A DNA stretch of 63,535 bases, the filler included, from Stramenopiles sp. TOSAG23-3 (lineage: Eukaryota), in the NCBI GenBank assembly GCA_900128585.1. It is 34 parts of 34 records of this genome, joined end to end, with 100 filler letters (N's around TTAATTAATTAA, not from the genome) between each part and the next. Parts side by side here need not be neighbours in the genome. Positions count along the whole stretch, not along the records: positions 22,541 to 24,312 come from LT645404.1; positions 24,413 to 26,184 come from LT645405.1; positions 26,285 to 28,056 come from LT645406.1; positions 28,157 to 29,928 come from LT645407.1; positions 30,029 to 31,799 come from LT645408.1; positions 31,900 to 33,670 come from LT645409.1; positions 33,771 to 35,540 come from LT645410.1; 27 more parts are not named here. One strand, written 5' to 3'. The first letter of the stretch is position 1, and each line of letters opens with the position of its first letter. Made by a program: the position numbers and the translations under genes. A model generated the notes under the pieces. That model was not told where the DNA came from. It did not search any database and worked only from the letters and a program-made list of their open reading frames with translations. This document shows, in pieces, positions 22,541 to 33,913 of the stretch.

Positions 22541-24312
22541 AACTTTCCTTTAATGCCGCTTTGGCAGCTTCACGTGCGGCCAATAAGTTCCCGGTTGAGT
22601 TGCTTCCAGATGCATCCATCGCGGCTTTCATTGCCATTCTTGTTTTCTCTCGAGCGCCATCTTCCAAGTATCGTTGGACTTCTGCAGTGCTGACATCTTC
22701 CCCAAGGCTGTTTTGTAGTGCTTCCCTTGCGCTTATAGTGCGGCATGCTTTAAGGGCGGCTCGCTGAGCGTCGCCAGTCAACGATTTAGTCGACTTCACG
22801 CAAGAAGACATTGCCTGACCTACCGCTTTCTTGGCACCTTGCGCTATATATTGTTCAACTTCTACATCCGAGATGTCCTTCTTCCCAAGACTATTTACTA
22901 GTGTGGTTTTCACAGATTCGGACCGACAATTCTGCAATGCTTGTAAGCGATTGGTTTCCGGCAACAGCATTGTACTCTCAACACAGGCTCTCATTGTGGT
23001 TGCAACGGCGTCTTTTGCGCCTTCGTCAACATACTTTTGGAAATCGACGTCGGACACTTTATCGACACCCAAGCTTTCTTTTAATGCCGCTTTGGCCGCA
23101 TTGCGCGCGGCCAATTCATTTTCAGGAGAGCTGCCCCCAGAGGCACTCAAAGCCGCTTTCATGGTGTCCTGGATTTTTTTCCTGGCCCCCTCTTCAACAA
23201 ACCTCTGCACATCTATCATGCTGACATTTTCCCCCAGACTCTTTCTCAGCGTTTCTTTGATGCTGATGGTCCGGCAAGCTTTGAGAGCGGCCTTTTTTGC
23301 ATCACCAGTCAACGCGTTTGTGGTCTGTACACACGCCGCCATTGATTGACTAACTGCATTTTGGGCTCCTTGGTCAATATAAAACTGCACTTGGGAACTC
23401 GACACATTCTTCCCTAAATACTGTTCCAAAGTTGCCTTTGCGCCTTCTGTTCTGCACGCTTCCTGTTCAACTTTTAGTTGGGATATGGGCACAGACTTAT
23501 CGATTGCAGAAACACAACTCTGCATCTGTGCCAAAACAGCATTTTGTGCGCCTTTGTTCATAAATGCTTGCAATTCAGTGCTGCTAATATTTTTCTGCCC
23601 CAGCGATGATTCGAGGGCTGCTTTGGCAGCATTTCTCGCTGCTGCTTGTTTCTCCTCTGGCGTGCCAGAGCTCTTCATGGCAGCCTCGATTGCTTTTCGG
23701 ACCGCATGCGATGCCCCCTTCTGAACGAATTCTTGGGCTTCCATTCCAGACACCTCCCTGCCCAAATACTTTTGCAGAGTCTCTTTTGCGGTGTTTGTTT
23801 TACATTGTTCTACAGCGGTCTTTCGTTGGGCGGCTGCTGTCAGGTTATTTGCCTGCCCCATGCACGTCTTCATATTAGCCTCAACCGCATTTCTTGCAGA
23901 GTCGATCATCATTTGTTGAACTTCTTCTGGGGTTACGGACGCCTTCCCCAGGTTCCTCTCCAGGAAGGTTTTGGCCGTGGCCGTTTTGCACCGTTTTTCT
24001 TTGGTTTCGTCCCCGTCTGCGTCCGATACACATTTTTGCATCATTGTACCAAACGCATCGGTTGTAAGCTCTTTTCGTTTTGCTTCGAATTCCGCGTCGG
24101 ACATTACCCGTCCGCCAAAAGCACTCTCCATGGCTGCCTTCTGGGCCGCTTTTACCAAGCTCTCCTTTTCTTTGCTGGTCAGATCTGTTCTATTCATTAT
24201 CCCATCAGCCTTTTCCAACGCCACCTGTCCTAATTTGTTCAATTGTGCCGTGTCTCGCAAGCGTTGGTCAATCTCTTCCTGCATTTCTCTTGCTCTGTCG
24301 GGCAAAAGCGAA
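22541..24312 (-). CDS. Helical tandem-repeat protein (about 55-62 aa units), partial at both ends
   Basis: About ten units each ending L..(S/Y/N)LG; frame open across the contig. Confidence 0.8.
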
Positions 24313-25449
24313 NNNNNNNNNNNNNNNNNNNNNNNNNNNNNNNNNNNNNNNNNNNNTTAATTAATTAANNNNNNNNNNNNNNNNNNNNNNNNNNNNNNNN
24401 NNNNNNNNNNNNTCTCGGCAAAAGGCTGCTGTCAATAAACTTGCATGACGAACGCAAGGGTAGTGGTTTCGTGTCGGTCTGGTGAAGTAAATAGACAACA
24501 CGGGACAGTATTTGCGCAAACCAAGCCGGAGAATTGTTTATAACACGGTACGGTACTATATCTGTTCAAAAAGTACTTGCTTAGACAGCACATCAATATG
24601 GCTATTCGCTGGAAATGAAAGGCACCCTTTTAGTTTCAGTGCGGTGCTTATTGGCTTCACCCACACGCGCTCGTGCAACTTCCTCCTTTGTTCGATCCCT
24701 CCTTCGGCGTCAACAACGTCTAGACGTAGATCTACAAAGAGTCAACCAGCCGGACGAACACGCAACGCAGGAACACTGTAAATATGGAAAGCCCTTGCAA
24801 TGTTATTCCTTTTGAAATTCACTCCTCAATCGTCCTCCTTACAACTGAAGATAGAAGTGCCAGCAGTAAGATCCGCAAACAAATCTCAAAGAATGGGGAT
24901 TGGTTTAACAGATACCTTTCCTGATTTTTGTTCTTCTTCTTTTTTTATTATTGCTGAAAAAAAAAAAGAAAAAAAGTGTAGTCGTCTAATACCAATGGTA
25001 GTAGTATTATTATTATTTGTAAAAAAATAGTTTTTATGAAACGGTTCAACCTAAAATTAGAAAAAAATCAAAAACATGTGAAACAGGAAGAAATGAATGT
25101 TAACTCCTCGTACTTCTTAGCATGCTTTTTATTTATGATATATTTTATAACGAATTTGTCTTATTCTACAGATAGGTAGGTACCCTAACATGTATTCTTT
25201 GAATTGTTACAAGTACAGGAGTACAGATATAAATATAATTATGGAAGGCTGGCGCTAGCATATTTTGCATTTTGCATTTTGCATGTAGTATTTTGCATTT
25301 TGTTCAGCATTTTGGATTTTGGATTGGGTTTTCTTGGTTTATAGTAAAAGGGATACATACTTCCCATTTCGAAGAGAGAAAAGAAAAGGCCTTGGTTCTG
25401 TATATAGACGATTAAAATCCCTGAGACCTTCTTTTCTTGCAACCGTTGC

Positions 25450-26184
25450 ATGTCGAGTTCTTCCCCTCCAGCACCTGGGGCGGCGGCCGGTTTGCTTGGG
25501 CCAGGGGCACAACCAAACGTTGCGGGTGCCCCGACCCTTTTCCCAGGGCAAGCCGCAGACCCGCAACAAGGAAAATTTGTGGAAGCCAACACGACGTCCT
25601 ACGACGAAGAAGGGGAAAGGCCCAATTCGTCGGATGCCTGCGGGGACGCGGAGATCATAGCGTCGGGGGGGGTACGTTGAGGACGATTGGAGACTGCCGA
25701 AGCATAACCCGTTGGGAAGGCTGGCGTTTGGGCCGCCGCCGAACCACCAGCTGGAAGTTCTCCCCTTTCTGCAAAGTGTCGCCTTGAGGTACAAGACGGA
25801 CATGAGAAGGCTATTCAAGGCATACACGCACATTCATGGCCACAAGACAAAGCACATCACGAAATTGACCTTTGACGATGAAAAGCGGGAGACGGACCGC
25901 ATGTCGCTGGACGGGCTCCTCAATTTGCTAAAAGATTTTGATCTGATTGCTAAGCAAAACTCGAGAACGATGGAGTTCTACTCCCCGACGGCCCTGCGCT
26001 GGATTCGGCTCGGATGCTTGCCCGCCTTCTGCAAACATGGAAATCTCCCCGTCTCCACAGAGGAGGTAAAGATCATTGTGCGGCGATGGCAGCGAAAGAA
26101 AGAGCGCAACGGCCTGCGCGAGGACCAATTGAGATTAGAAGACATGGACGTAGAGGGGTTTGTTCGGTGCTTTGCACGGATCTG
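25450..26184 (+). CDS. Hypothetical protein (EF-hand-like helices), apparent frameshift at G8 run, 3' partial
   Basis: Removing one G from 25665-25672 joins MSSSSPP...SGG to YVEDDWRLPKHNPLGRL... Confidence 0.55.
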
Positions 26185-26530
26185 NNNNNNNNNNNNNNNN
26201 NNNNNNNNNNNNNNNNNNNNNNNNNNNNTTAATTAATTAANNNNNNNNNNNNNNNNNNNNNNNNNNNNNNNNNNNNNNNNNNNNATTTTTTTGTTATTAT
26301 TATTACTAAAAAATATTAAAAATTATTATTTTTTATAATTTTTTTAATAATAATAATTATAATATTAGTGTAAGTAATATGTACCGCGAATTTATTTCTG
26401 CAAGTTGAAACTTTATCGGTAGGCAAGGATAATAATAACTGAAAACGTAACATGTAACAAATATAACAGAGAAGGCTAGGAATAGGAGCGAGTTTTCGAT
26501 GAATAGTAGAAAAAGCACCGTGTAGAAAAG

Positions 26531-27293
26531 ATGCTTAAAAAACATCATCATCGTGTCCTTCAGTGGCCTTGTTCTGTTCAGCAAGGAATTCAACACTGCG
26601 GTGGCCCAGCCGCGCCTGATTGGGTCTCTCTTGACCGCAATGATGGAATTCTCTTCCAAGATAGCCGGGATGCCGGTGTCGTACATTGAGCTAAAGAATG
26701 TGGCATCCACCATAGTCGCAAGCGATGCTTGCAATGTCTACTGCGCGTTATTTCATGACACGGCAGACGGGCCTGCGTTTGGTAGATTGTTGGCGGTTCA
26801 GATCTTGAACGCCTTTGTAAATATGTATTCAAAAAATTTAAACAACGGCGCGGCCGGGCACGACCTGAAAGATTTCGAAGATTTTCACTTTAAACTGAAA
26901 GGTGCGATGAAGAGCTGTACGGGGCCGTTGTTAGCGGGTTTGCAGTCCGGGGGATACGGCGTGGACCGTGCGTTGCTCGTGTCAAGCGAATCCAAAGTGT
27001 TTCCTGGGGTGCACGACCAAATCGGTTTTCGCGCGAACCTAGAGGTGTTGAAAGGCGTTGCCAACCACGTCATGTCGATCGTCTCGGACGGTGATGTGGA
27101 GGAGGTATCGATAGACCGGGGGGAAGGCGTGCGGATTCTTGTACACCGAGTCCCAGGGTGGAAAGCAACCTCTCTTGTTCTCCAATGCAGCAACACTGCG
27201 GTAGATGAACAAACGACGAAGACGGCGATCAAGGATGCACTTCGTACCCTGACAAAGTTGAACAGGTTGGCATCGTCGATGGCAACCCGATAA
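26531..27293 (+). CDS. Longin-like domain protein, apparent extra A near the start
   Basis: Removing one A from 26537-26542 gives MLKNIIIVSFSGLVLFSKEF, a typical longin beta-hairpin start, then helix PRLIGSLLTAMMEFS. Confidence 0.65.
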
Positions 27294-27980
27294 GAGGAGG
27301 AAACTCCTCACACCGTATATCGTTTTTAGTCGTGTACATTGAACTAATTACGTTCGGTGGCTGAAGATTTTGGATTGCTCCGCAACAAAAGCATAGTCAA
27401 ATCATTATCCAGAAACTTATGTGCCCTATATTTAGTTGGTGACTATGTTTTTTTATTAATTTCTTTATCTTCATTTTATCATTCTTCGTCATCTCAGCAG
27501 CAGGAAGTCGGCACCTTTCTCCTCTCTCTCATTATTATTTTCTCATTCATCAATCTTCTCTTCTTCAATCAACAACCATTATATATTATATCGTTCATCA
27601 ACAAATATTCAAGATATTCAAGATAAGTTTATGGTTGGAACTGAAATAGTAATTGATTCAAAATGACAGTCTACGGTAGTATTATTTGGTTTTTCATTCA
27701 TCAACAACATACACAACAAACAACAAAAAACACACAAAAAAAAAAGAGAAAAAAATAAACATCCATCCATCATCGGTCGTCACATCCATGATCATATAAT
27801 TGATGATGATGATTCGGTATTAATATTTGTTGTATTATTATATTTTTATAGTCCGTTCTATATATAAATAATAGATATCTATTAAGTCGTCTTCTTTTCC
27901 TATAATAATAATGTAATACTCCTTCTATCTTCTATTCGTCCACTTAAAATAATTATAATACCGTGCTACTACTAAGAACA

Positions 27981-27982
<2 letters not shown>

Positions 27983-28056
<74 letters not shown>
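27983..28056. repeat. (AAAG)n microsatellite at contig end
   Basis: Perfect tetranucleotide run to the gap. Confidence 0.95.
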
Positions 28057-28168
28057 NNNNNNNNNNNNNNNNNNNNNNNNNNNNNNNNNNNNNNNNNNNN
28101 TTAATTAATTAANNNNNNNNNNNNNNNNNNNNNNNNNNNNNNNNNNNNNNNNNNNNCGGGTTGATATA

Positions 28169-29896
28169 ATGTATCATGAATCAACAAAAGCACTTTTTTT
28201 TTCTATTAATTTACAATATTATTCAAATGGATTATATAAATTTATATTAAAAGCAAATACAGATAAAGGTTTAATTGAATCCAATCGTGTAGATTTCCAA
28301 ATATTATCACCAGAAGAAGAAGCTGAAGCTGCTGCTGCTGCAGAACAAAATAATAAAGATAACGATGATGACGACGACGACGGCGACGATTTTAACCACT
28401 TTAATCATTTTGATTCGAATGATCATTTTGGTGATAGGAATGGTGAAGATCATAATCCTGATGATAATAATAATGATTTTTTCAATGATGATTTTTCCAA
28501 TGGTGATTTTGATATGATGTTTGATAATTACAAGGATACTGAAAATCCTAAATTTAATCGATATTTTATCTTTGAACTTTTAGATTATTCATCATCAGAA
28601 GTGGATGATGGTGAAGTTGCAGATTTTGAAGATAATGATTATGATGATGATGTTGCATTGCCTGAAAGAACGAATAGGAACACTGTTCCAGATATTATAG
28701 ATAACTTTGTTAATAATACTATTTCAACAAAGAATTTGATGAGAAATAATAATACGAGTAATAGTAGTGTGACGCAAAAGAATATTGAAGAGAATATTCA
28801 AGAGAATATTGGTAACAATGATGATAATAATATGGACGAAAATGATGCATTTACTGCAATAGTAATTGAAAATAATGAATCAGCTAGTAAACGATTATTA
28901 AATGCTCCAACATATTTAATGGTATTATTATTAGCATTGATATTAGGGGCAACAATGTCACGTACCCAAGATAACAATCAACGGGATCCAGTATTGAAAT
29001 ATAGTAGCATCATGGTCGAAAAATTAGGTATAACTAAATTATCTACAAACGTATGCTCATATTTAACATCAATGGATTGTACGGAACATGTTCAATATAT
29101 TTCAAACGTACCGATATATCAAAAAACAGATTTTTATCCTGTTGTACGTGAACCTATGCCACATTTAGCTTTATTGACAAAAAAATGTTGTCAGATATTG
29201 ACTGGAGTAATTATGTTATGTTACTTTTGCCTTTTCCCTGATAATTATTATATGCGCGATCGTTTTGCCAATAGTGGTATGGTATTTATGGGAATAAATG
29301 AAATGCTTCGAACGTATTTTGATGGACATCCAATTGTATTGATGTTGCCAATGATTGGTCCATTAATTTGTTATTATCTATTGGAACATATTGTTTTGGA
29401 AAAATATTTCACACGAGAAACATTTAAACAATACCGAGTAAAATACAATACGATTACCGTATTTATTTGGTATTTAACCTTTTTTCCAGCGAGAGAATGG
29501 TTTGTATTACATTATGGAAAAGAAAGTGCATTAACATTGCCACCATGTACCATTTTATATGCATTGCCGTTACAACGAATATTTAGTCAACCAGTAGCAT
29601 TTGTATTAGCAACAAGAATCAAAGGTTATTTTCCATTTGATTGGTACGTCGTATTGTTTATTTCTGCATTTGTAGTAACGTTAGCAAGCAGTTTTGCACG
29701 TACGTATAATGATGGTACGGAAAACATGAATACATTTATTATTAATTGTTGTCAAATTTTCCCATATTACGTGGCACCATTGCTTTTCACGGGTACTTTA
29801 ATGACAATTATGAAACCGGTATTTTGGTTAGCACGGGATCAATACGAAGGATATACAGGGAATCGATGGGATCGATGTGATAATATGTATTGTTGA
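28169..29896 (+). CDS. Asn/Asp-rich multi-pass membrane protein, probably 5' partial
   Basis: 575 aa ORF in very AT-rich DNA; low-complexity N/D region then several hydrophobic helices. Confidence 0.7.
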   Translation: MYHESTKALFFSINLQYYSNGLYKFILKANTDKGLIESNRVDFQILSPEEEAEAAAAAEQNNKDNDDDDDDGDDFNHFNHFDSNDHFGDRNGEDHNPDDNNNDFFNDDFSNGDFDMMFDNYKDTENPKFNRYFIFELLDYSSSEVDDGEVADFEDNDYDDDVALPERTNRNTVPDIIDNFVNNTISTKNLMRNNNTSNSSVTQKNIEENIQENIGNNDDNNMDENDAFTAIVIENNESASKRLLNAPTYLMVLLLALILGATMSRTQDNNQRDPVLKYSSIMVEKLGITKLSTNVCSYLTSMDCTEHVQYISNVPIYQKTDFYPVVREPMPHLALLTKKCCQILTGVIMLCYFCLFPDNYYMRDRFANSGMVFMGINEMLRTYFDGHPIVLMLPMIGPLICYYLLEHIVLEKYFTRETFKQYRVKYNTITVFIWYLTFFPAREWFVLHYGKESALTLPPCTILYALPLQRIFSQPVAFVLATRIKGYFPFDWYVVLFISAFVVTLASSFARTYNDGTENMNTFIINCCQIFPYYVAPLLFTGTLMTIMKPVFWLARDQYEGYTGNRWDRCDNMYC

Positions 29897-30028
29897 ACAT
29901 ATTGAAAAATGAGAGATGAGAGATGAGTNNNNNNNNNNNNNNNNNNNNNNNNNNNNNNNNNNNNNNNNNNNNTTAATTAATTAANNNNNNNNNNNNNNNN
30001 NNNNNNNNNNNNNNNNNNNNNNNNNNNN

Positions 30029-30976
30029 CTATGTAGAAACCCCAAGGAAAAGCACAGAACAGCGAAGTATCCAAAAAATATTCAGAATTTTGGTTGTTCT
30101 CATATGGTGAGCCAGTATAACGATGGTTCTTTTGTGAAAAAGATAGATGCCCTAATAAATAAATTATGCAGTCGTACAGATCCAAAGTGCAACAGCATTA
30201 TTTTGCCGCCATCTATGAAAGATGTACTTGATATAATTTCCTGTGATGCTGAAATTGCCACAGGGGCATATATCGAGAAAACCTATCAAATGGCACAATG
30301 GACATCAAAATATAGATTACAAATGCTTCGAAAAATAGGTACTAGTAAAGAAAGGTGCCGAACAAATAATCCAAATTTAACAAGATTGAACTTCTTGATC
30401 TTCCAAAATCAATGTTTATGTGTGACCCTGTATAGACTTGTTCATGCTCAGCTAATTTTAACCATTGATAAGTTCAAGTTACAGCAAAAACAGCACTATA
30501 AAAAAAACACTAATTCGCACCGCAGACTTAATGGCTTCAGGCTACTAGGAGCAAGAGCACTGGCAAACTGTGGCAAAATATTGGCTCAAATGGAAAAATA
30601 TGGCTTCGTTAACAATATTGGAATAACGATCCTAGAATCTTTTGAAAATTCTGCACTTCACCTATCCGAATTGCCGAGGAAAACATCATTTCTTGCGCTG
30701 GAGATAAAGGTAAGAATGTATTCTGTATGTGTTCTGTCGTCGAAGAACCTTGCCCTAGAGTGCACATGCTCTAAAGCAATATCTCATCTAATGCGAATTC
30801 TTGTGATTTTTAAACTTTTGCTTCCATTCAATCACCTTGCAATAAAAACCATGCAGAAAAATTTAATGGGTTTAATGAATTCAAAGCACTCCGCAAGATT
30901 TAAAATTTCTCGAGCCGGTTTTATCACAATTGAAACATACAACATTGAATTTTTTAGAGTAATTTTGGTTGTTTAA
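30029..30976 (+). CDS. Helical hypothetical protein, 5' partial
   Basis: Frame open from the contig start for 315 codons; no recognisable motif. Confidence 0.5.
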   Translation, partial: LCRNPKEKHRTAKYPKNIQNFGCSHMVSQYNDGSFVKKIDALINKLCSRTDPKCNSIILPPSMKDVLDIISCDAEIATGAYIEKTYQMAQWTSKYRLQMLRKIGTSKERCRTNNPNLTRLNFLIFQNQCLCVTLYRLVHAQLILTIDKFKLQQKQHYKKNTNSHRRLNGFRLLGARALANCGKILAQMEKYGFVNNIGITILESFENSALHLSELPRKTSFLALEIKVRMYSVCVLSSKNLALECTCSKAISHLMRILVIFKLLLPFNHLAIKTMQKNLMGLMNSKHSARFKISRAGFITIETYNIEFFRVILVV

Positions 30977-32999
30977 AGTCTAAATTGCTTTGTTCATGGA
31001 TGTGCGAGACAAAATTGTGTACTTTCCACACTCGCCGTACGTGAACGTTATGGTCAGAGGAAAAACGCGCACGCCATGGAAATCGTGCTCAGATTTCTGG
31101 AAAGTACATATGCTTATGTATGTGTGCGCAAACATGTAAATATTATAGAACATATCCTGAAAATGACGCAGAATGCGGAAGGTGTAGGTGTTATATGCGG
31201 ACGGTTTACCCCCTTTTCTTCTAATAATAAAAACAAATAATTCAGTTTATCTAAATTATATTAAGAGAGTCAAAAAAACATTGATTCTCCCTCGTCCGGA
31301 ACCCACATCGGACTCGGGAGCCCAAGATGAAACCGCACAGCACGGGGGACAAGCAACTCAGCAGCGCCCTGGCCGTAGTGGCGTCAACCTCGGAAGACAA
31401 CAGGGAAGTACAACCCTCAACGCAATCATCAGAATATACGAACCCGGGCGCCCATGCCCCACCCCAGTAAACGACGTAGAAGTCAAGCCTCACCGCTATC
31501 CTCGGACACCCCGACCCTAACAGTGTCATCCTCGGACGAATCGGAAGGGGAGGAGGAAGTGGACCAGAGCATCTCCAGCAGGACGAGATACCAACTGACC
31601 CACCGGACAACCACAGCAACGCACACCGAACCTTTACAACCGCAACACAATCCACACATGCCGAGTACGCATACCGACCCAAACGGCCCTCCCCTGACAC
31701 CTCAACTCACAAATTACAATCCCTTGACCGATTTACAAGACAGACAACGAGCACCTCAAAAACAATTAAGCCGCTGCTTGGAAGATCGTACAAGGATTGN
31801 NNNNNNNNNNNNNNNNNNNNNNNNNNNNNNNNNNNNNNNNNNNTTAATTAATTAANNNNNNNNNNNNNNNNNNNNNNNNNNNNNNNNNNNNNNNNNNNNT
31901 TTTTGTTGCTATTGAGGAAGTAAATTTTAAAACAATTTTCAATGCTGTGTTTATCTAATAACACTTGGATAAATTGTATCAAGAATCTTGAGACCCCCCC
32001 CCAAAATAGCGGTTCTATTTCGGTTTTCCTTCTTCCTCAACAACGAGACACTTTTAATTTTTTATTTTTTTTTAGTATCCTAATAATAATACAAGCATGG
32101 TTGACAGGGGGAAATTGGGGGTAAATAAGTATGCGCCAAATACAGTAGAAAGAAAGAAATAGGCTACCAACACACAAGACTACAATCAAGTACAACCCTT
32201 GCTGAAGTCGTTGGCTATTTCTGCCCTAAGGCTGAAAAGAGTAGCAAGGGGATAGCATCGGATTAGTTTTTGGAGGCCAACACCTGATTACAATCTACAA
32301 AGTCGATATACAACTAATCACCAAGAGAAGTTAGCACCATTTATCATCTACTCAGCATTCATTGATGTTTGATATCATAGGTGTTATCTAACACTAAGCA
32401 TAAAACGTACTAAAATAAAATATGATCCTATCACTATTTTACACTATGCAATCTTATACTAATCATCCTAGGCTCATATCAATTCCAGCATCCGTTTTTA
32501 AAGATCTGGGATCCCTTCGTTGGCCTGTGGGGATGCTGGATGATAGGCACGCTTAGTATATAATATAAAAGGTACTCCGATGATCAACACTCTATTTTTT
32601 GTTTTGTTGGTGATGCTGTACCGTTATGTTAACAACAAGCAGTAGAAGAAATAGGCATACTGTAATTAAAACAGCCTCACACTACGCCCCCAGACACAAC
32701 TATCGTATTTTTTTATCGATTATCGACCCCCCCGATTTTCGGGGCCGAATGAAAAAAAAAATGAAAACAGAAAAAAAAATCTCGAATCGTTTCTGAAAAC
32801 GTATACTGTGTCCCTGTACGCCCATGGTGTGTTCAGCCTACACACATGGAAAAAATATGTTATACTATCAAACCAATTTTTAGACTACAACCGGGTTGCC
32901 ACAAGTACCTTTAAAAAATATCCTTTAAAAATTCTCTCCATTCTCCATTTATTTTTTTGGCCATCGCAGCCCACATCGGGTTTCAAGATGCCATTATCG

Positions 33000-33638
33000 T
33001 TAATCTGCTGCATCATGATCGTCAAGGAAGGGAACTGGGGAAGGGAACTGGCCTTTCGACGCCTGAGTTGTGACCCCGCTGATCAAACGCCTGTGATACG
33101 GCATGTCGGCAGCAGCTTCCACCTCTTTCAACCGTCTCGAACTAGGCTTGGGAGCAGTCTTCCCGCCGAGGTCGGCACACGTCATACTTTTGGCCCCAGA
33201 AATATCCCCTGCCAAAATCTTGCTCAGCCACGGTTTGATCGTATTCCAATTTATTGCCGTATAGTACCCGATGTGCGTGTCCGCGGGTGTGTCTTTGTTT
33301 CGATTTTCATCGGCTGCGTACGTTCCAGTGTTGACACCGATTTGGACTCGCACTCCGTTGATCTCGGTGAAGACGGGTCCTCCGCTATCGCCGTCTTGCT
33401 CTTTTGCGTCACCTTTAGGTTTTCCCACGCACAGCAACGCGTCTGTCTTTACGCGTGGCTCGGGAAGGCCGAAATTTTCCCCGCAGCGAGTTCCTGGATA
33501 AACAGGAACGCCATCGTTGTAACGCAGGACGTCTGGCATACCTCTCGAGAATTTGTCAATACCAGGTTTGATCGGCCCGGGATACGCAGCGGTCGCCGCT
33601 GTGGCAAGAAGCAGAATACATTGCAAGTATGGTTTCAT
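33000..33638 (-). CDS. Secreted protein with only the C-terminal half of a trypsin-like (S1) protease
   Basis: Signal MKPYLQCILLLATAATA; LLCVG, DGDSGGPVF, VQIGVNTG, YYTAI...IKPWL; no TAAHC or DIAL motif. Confidence 0.7.
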   Translation of the reverse strand: MKPYLQCILLLATAATAAYPGPIKPGIDKFSRGMPDVLRYNDGVPVYPGTRCGENFGLPEPRVKTDALLCVGKPKGDAKEQDGDSGGPVFTEINGVRVQIGVNTGTYAADENRNKDTPADTHIGYYTAINWNTIKPWLSKILAGDISGAKSMTCADLGGKTAPKPSSRRLKEVEAAADMPYHRRLISGVTTQASKGQFPSPVPFLDDHDAAD

Positions 33639-33913
33639 GTTTTTACGTACACAGTTCATTTATTGTTTTTNNNNNNNNNNNNNNNNNNNNNNNNNNNNNN
33701 NNNNNNNNNNNNNNTTAATTAATTAANNNNNNNNNNNNNNNNNNNNNNNNNNNNNNNNNNNNNNNNNNNNTGTCAGTTCAAGAACAATAAATCTCTTCCT
33801 ATTGCAGATCCTCCCCAAGCTCTGGTCGAGATTCCAATTGGCAAGTAAACAGCGGCATGATTTTTTAAGAGCGCTCATTTTCTGTTGCACTAATCAATAC
33901 TCGAGAGTTCAAA

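Noticed and set aside
32808-33670. 304-aa plus-strand ORF, and similar antisense ORFs at 33926, 55270 and 60141
   Set aside because: Shadows of better-supported opposite-strand genes, with no motifs of their own.
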